A stretch of DNA of 64,000 bases from contig CAZJAZ010000002.1 of NCBI GenBank assembly GCA_964544305.1, positions 59,775 to 123,774 on the forward strand. Direction: 5' to 3'. The translations under genes were made by a program, and so were the position numbers. Positions 55,565-64,000 of the stretch are shown piece after piece. Source of the stretch: an uncultured Iamiaceae bacterium (GTDB lineage: Bacteria; Actinomycetota; Acidimicrobiia; Acidimicrobiales; Iamiaceae). The first letter of the stretch is position 1. Each line of letters begins with the position of its first letter. A model generated the notes under the pieces. It saw nothing but the letters and a program-made list of their open reading frames with translations, did not search any database and was not told where the DNA came from.

Positions 55565-57586
55565 GATGTGTTCGATTCTGCCAGACCATCACCCGAATCG
55601 ACCGCCTTCAGGCTTCGCAGGTCGGTGACTGTCATCGGTGGCCGATACCGTTGTGTCGTGCCTAAAATCGACGAGCGCTCCCCGGCGGCCAGAAAAGCGC
55701 TGCAAACGTTGGATGAGCTCACCGCCTCATTGGCCGGAGGTGAGACTCGTGATGCTCAACGGATCATGACCGCTGCGGTTGCAGATGCGGTCGCATCAGG
55801 GCGGCATCTTGTTGTCGAAGCCGGCACGGGAACAGGCAAGTCGTTGGCATATCTGGTCGGCGCGGGGAGATCTGCGAAGCGCATCGTTGTGGCAACCGCA
55901 ACCAAAGCGCTTCAAGATCAACTTTCGGGCAAAGACCTGCCGTTCGTCACCGAGCATGACGATTTGCCACTTTCGTTCGCGGTGCTCAAAGGCCGCTCAA
56001 ATTACGTGTGTTTGCAGCGAATTGCGGAGCTCAATGAGAAGTCGGACGACGCACAAGGCACGTTAATTGAGAGCGATGATGCTGTTTCAGCACGAGAGCT
56101 TGACGAGTTGACGAAATGGGCGATGCATTCGCCAACCGGGGACCGTGCAGAACTCACATCCGAACCAAGCGCACGCACTTGGGCGGCGGTGTCGATGACG
56201 GCTCTTGAATGCCCCGGCGCGGCACGTTGTCCAAAAGGCGCAGAGTGTTTTGCAGAACGCGCACGTGCAGCGGCGACCGAGGCTGATGTGATCGTGGTGA
56301 ATCAGCACCTGTGGGGTTTGCATTTGGCGGGTGATTCGATGTTATTACCCGAGCACGACGTCGTAATCATTGACGAGGCGCATCAACTCGTGGACGTGAT
56401 TTCGTCAACGGCAGGCCGAGACTTGTCCGAATCGACGTTTACCACGGCGTCTCGTGCAGCCCGTGCGGTTCTTGACGATCCAGATTTAATTGCCGGACTC
56501 GACACGATTGCTGCGAATTGGGCAATAACGTTGGGGCCCTTTGATAGTTGTCGGCTCACCGACGGGATTACGGGTGAACTCGCCGATCTGCTCACGTTGG
56601 CGACGCGCCGTGCCGAAGCCGTGGTCACCGCATTACGCAACGTTGATCCAGGTGGGCACGAGAAGGTAGCGACGCGCCGCGATCGTGCGTTGAACCTATG
56701 CGCAGCTCTCGTTGACGACTTGCATTGTGTCGCAAACCCTCCTGAGGGTTCGGTGTTGTGGGTTGGGGGTTCGTTGCAACGCCCAACCTTGCATTGTTCG
56801 CCAATTGATGTCGCTGGCGTTCTCGCCGATCAAGCCTGGGACGCAGCGACCGCGGTGCTCACGAGTGCCACAATTCCAAAACATTTTGCTGCCACGGTCG
56901 GTCTTGATGCTGGCCTCGTGGACGTACTGCGTTTGGAAAGCCCATTTGATTATGAATCAAACTCGCTCTTGTATTGTCCCGCCGCGCTCGCAGCCCCAAA
57001 TACTCCGGGCTACGCCAGTGCGCTCTACGACGAGCTTGAAGCACTTATTTCTGCCGCCGGAGGGGCGACGCTCGCTCTTTTCACGAGTTATCGGGCGATG
57101 GACGATGCGGTCGATGAGCTTCGCACACGCCTTGAACTCCCTATTTTGAGCCAGCGTGACTTGCCCAAGCCTGCGCTCGTTGCCGAGTTTGCTGGCGACC
57201 GAGCGACCTGTCTGTTTGCGACGCAAAGTTTTTTTCAAGGTGTTGATATTCCTGGCGAGGCACTCCAACTCGTCACGATCGACCGTATTCCATTTCCTCG
57301 ACCTGATGATCCGCTCCTCCAAGCGCGTCGAGACACGATCGGACCGGGCGCATTCGCCCAGATTGATGTTCCCCGGGCGGCAATGTCGCTGGCCCAAGCC
57401 GCAGGACGGCTCATCCGTCACACCGATGATAAAGGGGTGGTTGCCGTGCTTGACTCGCGTTTCGCGAACAAACGAAGTTACCGGTGGGATCTCATCAACG
57501 CATTACCGCCCATGCCTCGCACGCGCCATCGCAACGCAGCCGAGGCGTTTCTCACCAAGCTGCGCTCCGAAACCGTCACACGCTGA
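55535..57586 (+). CDS. dinG: DinG/XPD-family ATP-dependent DNA helicase
   Basis: Walker A AGTGTGKSLAYL, DEAH box IIDEAHQL, and a Cys cluster (VCLQ..., ECPGAARCPKGAECF) for an Fe-S domain. The true start is probably internal (GTG 55625 or 55658), because the ORF start overlaps the SnoaL-like gene. Confidence 0.8.
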   Translation: MGWVKFNAIHDVFDSARPSPESTAFRLRRSVTVIGGRYRCVVPKIDERSPAARKALQTLDELTASLAGGETRDAQRIMTAAVADAVASGRHLVVEAGTGTGKSLAYLVGAGRSAKRIVVATATKALQDQLSGKDLPFVTEHDDLPLSFAVLKGRSNYVCLQRIAELNEKSDDAQGTLIESDDAVSARELDELTKWAMHSPTGDRAELTSEPSARTWAAVSMTALECPGAARCPKGAECFAERARAAATEADVIVVNQHLWGLHLAGDSMLLPEHDVVIIDEAHQLVDVISSTAGRDLSESTFTTASRAARAVLDDPDLIAGLDTIAANWAITLGPFDSCRLTDGITGELADLLTLATRRAEAVVTALRNVDPGGHEKVATRRDRALNLCAALVDDLHCVANPPEGSVLWVGGSLQRPTLHCSPIDVAGVLADQAWDAATAVLTSATIPKHFAATVGLDAGLVDVLRLESPFDYESNSLLYCPAALAAPNTPGYASALYDELEALISAAGGATLALFTSYRAMDDAVDELRTRLELPILSQRDLPKPALVAEFAGDRATCLFATQSFFQGVDIPGEALQLVTIDRIPFPRPDDPLLQARRDTIGPGAFAQIDVPRAAMSLAQAAGRLIRHTDDKGVVAVLDSRFANKRSYRWDLINALPPMPRTRHRNAAEAFLTKLRSETVTR

Positions 57587-60101
57587 CCACATCGTCAATA
57601 CGAACGACCGCCCGGCCTTCGCTGTCGGATGCATCGAGGTCAACCTGTGCGACGATGGCCCAGTTCAACACCCCGTCTGGATCGTCAATGATTTGGCGAA
57701 TCTGCCACGTGCGCCCGTCGTCTTCGATAAGACACATTGCCGGGTTGCGTGCATCAGCGCCGATACCAACGTGGTTGTAGTGCGCGAAGTACTGCTCCCC
57801 CGCCTGTTTCCACCGATCCGTCGTCCAGCCACAAGATTCGTCGAGTTCACCGAGCGCACCATATTCACGCCGTGCGAGCCATTCAATGCGTTGGAACATG
57901 GCATTGCGCACCAATATCGCGAACGCCCGTCGGTTCGCGGTGAGCGGAGGTGGGGTCATGTCGCGCTTGTCCGCTGAGACGCGGGTGTCTGGGTGTGATA
58001 ATTGCTCCCATTCGTCGATGAGCGACGAGTCCACCTGGCGGACGAGCTCGCCGAGCCAGGTGATGGTGTCGTCGAGCTCATCGGTGCGACGATCCGGTGG
58101 GACCGTGCGTGCTAACGCTTTGAACGCGTCAGAGAGATACCGCAGAAGCACCCCTTCGGACCTGGCAATACGCTGGAACCGTACGTAATCTGCAAAATCC
58201 ATGGCGCGCTCGATCATTTCTCGCACCACCGATTTCGGCGACAAATCGAAATCTGCGGCCCACGGCTCACTTCGGCAATACACCGCAAACATTGGCTCTA
58301 ACAGCTCTACAAGTGGTTGCGGATAGGTGATCGTGTCGAGTTCCGCCATGCGCTCGTCATAGCTAAGCCCCTCGGCTTTCATACGCGCCATGGCCTCACC
58401 TCGCGCCCGGTCCCGCTGAGCGAACAGTACCTGCCTCGGATCCTCAAGTACCGCCTCGATGACGGACACAACGTTGAGCACATAGTCGTCATCGTCTGGA
58501 TCGAGCAGGTCAAGTGCGGCCACGGCAAACAGTGCAAGCGGTTGATCGAGGGCAAACGAATCAGGCATTTCGTGGGCGAGTCGAACCGTTCGACCATCGT
58601 CGTCTGGCTCGTCAAGGGCGACAAGAACGTCCGCGTCAAAGAGTGAGTCGATGACAACGTCGGCTCGGGCAAGATTCGCTTCGATCGCGCTTGCCCGTTC
58701 ATAAGGACTCTGCAAGAGCGATCGCAACGCCCCCAAACCGTCCCCTGGACGCTGGGCCATTGCAAGCACCATCGAATGGGTCACCCGAAGGTTTGCTTCA
58801 AGTGGCTCAGGCTCGGCGTTCACAAGCCGTTCAAAGGTTGGACGGCCCCACGACACCATGCGCGGCGGCGGTTTGCGAGCCCGAATTGGTCGTGGTTTGC
58901 GTCCCCGGGCTGCGGCTTTCGCGGCCGCCTTTTCCACGGCACGGGCATGGTCAACCACGTGCTCAGGGGCAAGCACCATGACCGTTCCGACCGTATCGAA
59001 CCCGGCACGTCCCGCACGACCCCCGATTTGATGGAACTCGCGTGCGCTGACATGGCGAACCTTCTCACCATCGAACTTCGAGAGACTTGTGAAAACCACG
59101 GTACGGATCGGCACATTGATGCCCACCCCAAGCGTGTCGGTTCCACAGATCACTTTGAGCAAGCCCCGCTGGGCGAGTCGCTCGACGAGGCGTCGGTAGC
59201 GTGGCAACATGCCCGCATGGTGCACTCCGACACCGTTTCGCACATAACGCGACAGCGTCTTTCCAAAGCCGGCCGCGAAACGAAAATCACCGATCTCTTG
59301 TGCGATTGCATCTTTCTCTGACCGAGTCACCATACGCAATGACGCCAACGCTTGTGCTCGTTCGACTGCGGCAGCTTGCGTGAAATGCACGAGGTACGCC
59401 GGTGTTGAAGCCGTATCGAGGAGTTCAGTAACAACTTCGGAAACCGTTGCTACCCGGTACTCATGCACGAGAGGAACGGGACGTTCAACCGAACGGATGG
59501 TGGTCACATCTCGACCGGTACGGCGCGCGAGATCGGCCTCAAAGGCTCCGACATTTCCAAGCGTCGCCGACAACAACACGAACTGTGTGTCGGACAGTTC
59601 AAGAAGTGGCACCTGCCAAGCCCAACCTCGCTGGGGATCCGCAAACCAGTGAAACTCGTCCATCACCGCAAGGTCAACTTGCGCGTGGGACCCCTCTCGC
59701 AACGCGATATTTGCGAGAATCTCTGCGGTACAACAAATGATGGGGGCGTCTGCATTCACCGAAGCGTCACCCGTGAGCATGCCAACCTGGTCCGCCCCGA
59801 ACACCTCAGTTAGCTCGAAAAAGCGTTCCGACACCAATGCTTTGATCGGCGCCGTGTAATACCCGCGTCCACCACGCACAAGAGTGCCAAACAGTGCAGC
59901 GGTCGCGATCAGTGATTTTCCCGAACCGGTCGGGGTGTTCACGATGACATGATGGTCAAGCGTTGTAGCAACAAGGGCATCTTGTTGATGTTCATAGAGT
60001 GCAAGATCCCGGGCCGCCACCCAGGCGTGAAAAGCTTCAACGATTGCATCAGGCTCCGCGTTGCAGCGCGCTGCTAATTCTCCAAGTCTGGGATCCAGCA
60101 C
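57576..60101 (-). CDS. DEAD/DEAH-box (Ski2-like) helicase with a DUF3516-like C-terminal region
   Basis: NTPTGSGKSLIA, MDEFHWF, SATL and HHAGMLP motifs, plus a ~450-aa C-terminal extension. Start re-picked at GTG 60101, 5 nt after the era stop; the ORF extends to 60248, inside era. Confidence 0.8.
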   Translation of the reverse strand: MLDPRLGELAARCNAEPDAIVEAFHAWVAARDLALYEHQQDALVATTLDHHVIVNTPTGSGKSLIATAALFGTLVRGGRGYYTAPIKALVSERFFELTEVFGADQVGMLTGDASVNADAPIICCTAEILANIALREGSHAQVDLAVMDEFHWFADPQRGWAWQVPLLELSDTQFVLLSATLGNVGAFEADLARRTGRDVTTIRSVERPVPLVHEYRVATVSEVVTELLDTASTPAYLVHFTQAAAVERAQALASLRMVTRSEKDAIAQEIGDFRFAAGFGKTLSRYVRNGVGVHHAGMLPRYRRLVERLAQRGLLKVICGTDTLGVGINVPIRTVVFTSLSKFDGEKVRHVSAREFHQIGGRAGRAGFDTVGTVMVLAPEHVVDHARAVEKAAAKAAARGRKPRPIRARKPPPRMVSWGRPTFERLVNAEPEPLEANLRVTHSMVLAMAQRPGDGLGALRSLLQSPYERASAIEANLARADVVIDSLFDADVLVALDEPDDDGRTVRLAHEMPDSFALDQPLALFAVAALDLLDPDDDDYVLNVVSVIEAVLEDPRQVLFAQRDRARGEAMARMKAEGLSYDERMAELDTITYPQPLVELLEPMFAVYCRSEPWAADFDLSPKSVVREMIERAMDFADYVRFQRIARSEGVLLRYLSDAFKALARTVPPDRRTDELDDTITWLGELVRQVDSSLIDEWEQLSHPDTRVSADKRDMTPPPLTANRRAFAILVRNAMFQRIEWLARREYGALGELDESCGWTTDRWKQAGEQYFAHYNHVGIGADARNPAMCLIEDDGRTWQIRQIIDDPDGVLNWAIVAQVDLDASDSEGRAVVRIDDVVSV

Positions 60102-60105
60102 GAGG

Positions 60106-60966
60106 TCAGTAGCCGTAGAGGCGAAAACGTTCAGGTCGGCGCTGCCAGTCTTTGTCAACTTTGACAAACAACTCGATATAAGCCCCTTTGTCCATCTGTT
60201 CGCGAACTCGCTTGCCGACTTCGGCGAGCACCGAGCCTTTGTGACCAATCACGATGCCTTTTTGTGATTCACGTTCGACGAGAATCTCACATCGCACGCG
60301 TGGCCAATCCCACTCGGTCACTCGAGTCGCAATTGAGTGCGGGACTTCTTCTCGAAGGACCGCAAGCAACTGTTCACGCACGAGTTCGGCGACCCACATC
60401 GCGTCGGGAACATCCGTGATTTGACCTTCTGGATAGTAGGGAGGCCCTTCGGGCATGCGACGAACAAGCTCGTCAACAAGTGCCGACACTCCTTTGCCTG
60501 TCCGGGCCGACACAGGAAAGTAGGCGCTCCGCTCAAGCGTTCCAGCAACGCCAAGCTGCGCCAGGATCTGATCGTGGCTCGCCAGATCACACTTGTTTAC
60601 GACGACGATCGCGTCAGTCGGGGTTCGTTCTGCCACAAAGCGGTCTCCCCTGCCGAGCGGAGCGGTCGCGTCAATGAGGAGACACACGACGTCAACGTCT
60701 GCAACCTCGCCGGTCGCCGTTGCATTGAGACGCTCGCCAAGAGGGGTACGCGGTTTGTGGATTCCCGGCGTGTCAACAAACACGATTTGCGTATCTTCGC
60801 CGGTTATGGCTTTATCCGAAGCCAAATGCAACACGCCACGAACCGCGGTGCGTGTGGTTTGAGGCTTGTCTGAAGTGATCGACGCTTTTATACCCAACAG
60901 GTGATTCAAAAGGGTGGACTTACCCACATTGGGACGCCCAACCAACGTGACAAACCCGCTTTTCAT
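60106..60966 (-). CDS. era: GTPase Era
   Basis: G1 GRPNVGKSTLLN, G3 DTPG, G4 NKCD and a C-terminal KH domain. Confidence 0.9.
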   Translation of the reverse strand: MKSGFVTLVGRPNVGKSTLLNHLLGIKASITSDKPQTTRTAVRGVLHLASDKAITGEDTQIVFVDTPGIHKPRTPLGERLNATATGEVADVDVVCLLIDATAPLGRGDRFVAERTPTDAIVVVNKCDLASHDQILAQLGVAGTLERSAYFPVSARTGKGVSALVDELVRRMPEGPPYYPEGQITDVPDAMWVAELVREQLLAVLREEVPHSIATRVTEWDWPRVRCEILVERESQKGIVIGHKGSVLAEVGKRVREQMDKGAYIELFVKVDKDWQRRPERFRLYGY

Positions 60967-62258
60967 CGCGTCACGTCCTGCGAATCGTCATCGTCTATTG
61001 CGACTGGGACAATACGAACCCGTGCAATGCGACGCCCCTGCATTCGTTCAACTCGCAATTCATAGCCCGGAACTTTCACGACTTCTCCGCCAACGGGAAC
61101 ACGTCCAAGTTCAAACACCATCAGCCCACCAACCGAGTTCCATTCACCCTCTGGGAGTTCACCGTCAAGCACGTCATTCGCGTCATCGATGCTCAAGCGT
61201 CCATCGACCCGCAACACACCTCCGGCCAACGGTTCAACGAGCGGGTCGTCGACATCAAACTCGTCAACGATCTCGCCGACGAGTTCCTCAATGAGATCTT
61301 CGAGTGTGACGAGACCAGCAGTCGTGCCATATTCGTCGACCACCAGCGCCATATGGAATTTGTCGCGTTGCATCTCCGGCAGCAGTTCCGCCACCCGCTT
61401 TGATTCCGGCACAAATTGTGCTTTGCGGACGATCTCGCGCACCGGCGTGTCGGCCTTGTCGGCACGCTGCGCGTTCATGAGGTCTTTTGCGTACAACACA
61501 CCGACGATGTCGTCGAGGTCATCGGTGTAAACCGGCACCCGGCTATACCCGTTGAGCAACACGATTTCCATGGCATCAACCACACGGGTCGAACCTTCTA
61601 CCGCGATGACATCGGGCCGCGGCACCATCACCTCACGGGTAACGGTGTCACCGAACTCAAGGACTCGAGCGATATAGGCACGCTCATCATCTTCAATGAC
61701 ATCGTGCTCGGCAGCCTCGGATGCCATCGCGAGCAACTCTTCTTCAGAGACAAATGGGCCTTGTTGTAGGCCTTTGCCCGGCAACAACACGTTGGTGATC
61801 CCAATGAGCGCGCGAGCAATGATGCGCAACGGCCAAAACCGGGTCAAGGCGTAAACAGGTCGGGCCGCGCGCAGCGCCGCATCGTCTGGATGCTGTACCG
61901 CCCAGGTTTTCGGGGCCGCCTCGGAGAGCACAAACACCAACACAATGTTGACGACCAAACCAACCACCACACCAGCGGTTCCAAACAGCCGTTCTGCTTC
62001 GAGGGTGATCAGCGCCGTTTGAACGGTTTGGCAGATCAAGATGACCAAAAGGAGCGAATTCAAGAACGCGGCCGGATCGGAAACGAGATGCAACAGTCGA
62101 GCCGCGCCCCGACGACCAGATTCATCGTGGGCAATCGCCCGATTGCGACTCATGCGCGTCAGCGACGTTTCTGCCATCGCAAGAAACGCTTGGATAATGA
62201 GGAGCACGACGATAACGGTGATCGCGACAATGTCAAAGGAAGTAACGGTAGCAATCAT
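60963..62258 (-). CDS. HlyC/CorC family transporter (DUF21-CBS pair-CorC_HlyC)
   Basis: Four N-terminal TM helices, two CBS repeats and a C-terminal CorC domain. 4-nt overlaps with both neighbours. Confidence 0.85.
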   Translation of the reverse strand: MIATVTSFDIVAITVIVVLLIIQAFLAMAETSLTRMSRNRAIAHDESGRRGAARLLHLVSDPAAFLNSLLLVILICQTVQTALITLEAERLFGTAGVVVGLVVNIVLVFVLSEAAPKTWAVQHPDDAALRAARPVYALTRFWPLRIIARALIGITNVLLPGKGLQQGPFVSEEELLAMASEAAEHDVIEDDERAYIARVLEFGDTVTREVMVPRPDVIAVEGSTRVVDAMEIVLLNGYSRVPVYTDDLDDIVGVLYAKDLMNAQRADKADTPVREIVRKAQFVPESKRVAELLPEMQRDKFHMALVVDEYGTTAGLVTLEDLIEELVGEIVDEFDVDDPLVEPLAGGVLRVDGRLSIDDANDVLDGELPEGEWNSVGGLMVFELGRVPVGGEVVKVPGYELRVERMQGRRIARVRIVPVAIDDDDSQDVTR

Positions 62259-62758
62259 GTGGGAATCACCGTTCCGACGGTCACCGGGCGGTGAAATTTT
62301 TTCAACAGCATCGATTCTTTTTCACGCATGATTGTCGCTTCGACAGCTTCCGCATGGTCGTAGCCAAGTACATGCAAGATCCCGTGCACACACAACAAAG
62401 CGAGTTCGTCGTCAAGGTTCCCGGCATGGGTTGGAGCATTCGCCGCGGCAATCTCCGGGCAAATCACCACGTCACCTAACAGCCGCACCTGACCATCATC
62501 AACGTTGTCGTCGTCTAATGGAAACGACAGCACATCGGTCGGACCTGTACCCGCGAGGTAGTTGCTGTTCAATTCCGTGATCTGCTCAACGGAAACCAGT
62601 GTGAGCGCCAACTCGGCCGGGCCTTTCACGCCCATTTCATCAAGTACCGCATCGGCCAACTTCTTTAGGGGAGCCAGTGCAACGAGAGGCTCACTTGCCA
62701 GGTCGCGGTCGTCACTTGTAACGGTGAACGGTCGTGTAGGTCCATTCGAAGCCATCAA
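62255..62758 (-). CDS. ybeY: rRNA maturation RNase YbeY
   Basis: Zinc motif HGILHVLGYDH. Confidence 0.9.
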   Translation of the reverse strand: MMASNGPTRPFTVTSDDRDLASEPLVALAPLKKLADAVLDEMGVKGPAELALTLVSVEQITELNSNYLAGTGPTDVLSFPLDDDNVDDGQVRLLGDVVICPEIAAANAPTHAGNLDDELALLCVHGILHVLGYDHAEAVEATIMREKESMLLKKFHRPVTVGTVIPT

Positions 62759-63705
62759 CGTTGCGTTTCAGCTTTGGCATAGGCGTCAACGATGTCTTGC
62801 ACGATGCGATGGCGCACCACATCACGACTCGACAGGTGTACGAACGCAATACCCTCAATGTGACCGAGAACTTGTTCGAGCCCAATCAGACCGCTCCGGC
62901 CGCCAGCAACATCAACTTGGGTCGCATCACCCGTAATCACTGCCCGAGAACCGAATCCAATTCGGGTAAGAAACATTTTCATCTGCTCGGTCGTCGTGTT
63001 CTGGGCCTCATCAAGAATGATGAAACTTCGATTCAGCGTCCGGCCACGCATGAAGGCGAGCGGAGCGACTTCAACCGCATCGCGCTCAACGAGCCGAGTT
63101 ACCCCCTCAAGACCACAAAAGTCGCCAAGGGCGTCATAGAGCGGACGCAAATACGGATCAACTTTTGCCATGAGATCACCTGGCAAGAACCCAAGGCGCT
63201 CGCCTGCTTCTACGGCTGGTCGGGTCAACACGATCCGATCAACATTGCCAGCATTGAGAGCACGCACCGCGCACGCGACCGCCATCCATGATTTACCGGT
63301 TCCGGCCGGGCCGACACCGAAGGTAATGACGTTTTCGTTGATCGCATCAACGTATCGTTTTTGTCCAAGCGTCTTGGGGCGAACGAGCCGACCACCTGGG
63401 GCTTTGAGGACCTCGGTTGCAAACACATCAACGGGTGATTCACCAACGCGAACCATGGCAATCGAACGTTCGATTGTGGCGTCATCGATTGTTTGACCCG
63501 CTTGGATTAAGCCGATCAGCGAGCGGAACAGATCCGATACGACCGCTGCGTCAGGCCCATCGAGCGTAAGCAGATTGCCACGCAACGATATTGCGGTCGA
63601 AACAAACGCCGTTTCAATGCGACGTAAGTTGCGATCAGCCGGACCAACAAGCGCGGCCAAGTCAGCGGGTTCGCCGACAGTGAGTTCAATACGGGTGGAT
63701 TGCAC
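62755..63705 (-). CDS. phoH: PhoH family ATPase
   Basis: Walker A GPAGTGKSWMA and an ILDEAQN Walker B-like block. Confidence 0.9.
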   Translation of the reverse strand: MQSTRIELTVGEPADLAALVGPADRNLRRIETAFVSTAISLRGNLLTLDGPDAAVVSDLFRSLIGLIQAGQTIDDATIERSIAMVRVGESPVDVFATEVLKAPGGRLVRPKTLGQKRYVDAINENVITFGVGPAGTGKSWMAVACAVRALNAGNVDRIVLTRPAVEAGERLGFLPGDLMAKVDPYLRPLYDALGDFCGLEGVTRLVERDAVEVAPLAFMRGRTLNRSFIILDEAQNTTTEQMKMFLTRIGFGSRAVITGDATQVDVAGGRSGLIGLEQVLGHIEGIAFVHLSSRDVVRHRIVQDIVDAYAKAETQR

Positions 63706-63776
63706 GCACGATCAATCGTAGATGGTCACGGCTCCAAGAACCCGCGCCATTCATTCTCATGCTTGGTCGTTGTGTT

Positions 63777-64000
63777 TCAGTCGTCACCGCGTAAAGCGGG
63801 TTCCGGATAGAGGTGTTCCAAGGTGCCTGGTTCGATTCGGCACGTTTCTATGAACGCGTCAACATCCGATTGCTTGAGTCGAATGACCCGACCAAAGCGA
63901 TACGCGGCCAACTGATCCTCATCGATGAAGCGGTACAACGTACGCGCGGTAATGCCAAGGCGCTTCGCAGCGGCGGCGGTACTCAACCACTTGATATCTT
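63777..64000 (-). CDS. excisionase-family/MerR-like helix-turn-helix DNA-binding protein (5' end probably beyond the window)
   Basis: WLSTAAAAKRLGITARTLYRFIDEDQLAAYRFGRVIRLKQSDVDAFIE. The reading frame stays open to the window edge. Confidence 0.6.
   Translation of the reverse strand, partial: DIKWLSTAAAAKRLGITARTLYRFIDEDQLAAYRFGRVIRLKQSDVDAFIETCRIEPGTLEHLYPEPALRGDD

Noticed and set aside
63777-64000. The excisionase-family HTH gene at the window edge was considered as a sign of a mobile element.
   Set aside because: Small MerR/excisionase-like HTH proteins are also common chromosomal regulators in Actinomycetota. No integrase is visible, and the gene is cut by the window edge, so nothing can be concluded.

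Overview
GC-rich, gene-dense chromosomal segment with about 58 CDS, 3 tRNAs and no rRNA. Gene order is clearly actinobacterial (Actinomycetota; finer placement is not possible from sequence alone).

Left flank (conserved core): pgsA-rimO, ftsK, then an rnj-dapA operon.

Right flank (conserved core): phoH-ybeY-corC-era, uppS/recO, glyS, ppdK-dnaG-sigma70, tRNA-Asn.

Middle (accessory metabolism):
- two tandem TetR + ferritin-like diiron protein modules
- a fatty-acid activation/oxidation cluster
- two cytoplasmic glycosyltransferases
- a TetR-divergent SRPBCC / sulfatase::DJ-1 fusion / AtsA-like sulfatase operon
- a DsbA-like / acyltransferase / ceramidase-like operon
- two small tRNA-adjacent gene pairs: DUF2786 + SprT-like HExxH, and Excalibur + DUF1524 secreted nuclease

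I found no CRISPR array, transposase, integrase, toxin-antitoxin pair or recognisable defence-system hallmark. I cannot point to a clear-cut novel system.

Best second-look candidates:
1. The sulfatase::DJ-1 fusion operon, which has no formylglycine-generating enzyme nearby.
2. The duplicated TetR/diiron modules, which contain near-identical DNA tracts.
3. A promoter / C-rich-loop hairpin / terminator unit upstream of 7286, either a 6C-like sRNA or a leader.
4. RNase J translationally chained to a small CCCH protein and a PH-like/helical protein.
5. A DUF3516 helicase appended to the phoH-ybeY-corC-era ribosome-maturation operon.

All product calls rest on motif recognition by eye. No database search was run. 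Many starts were re-picked inside the supplied ORFs and remain uncertain.
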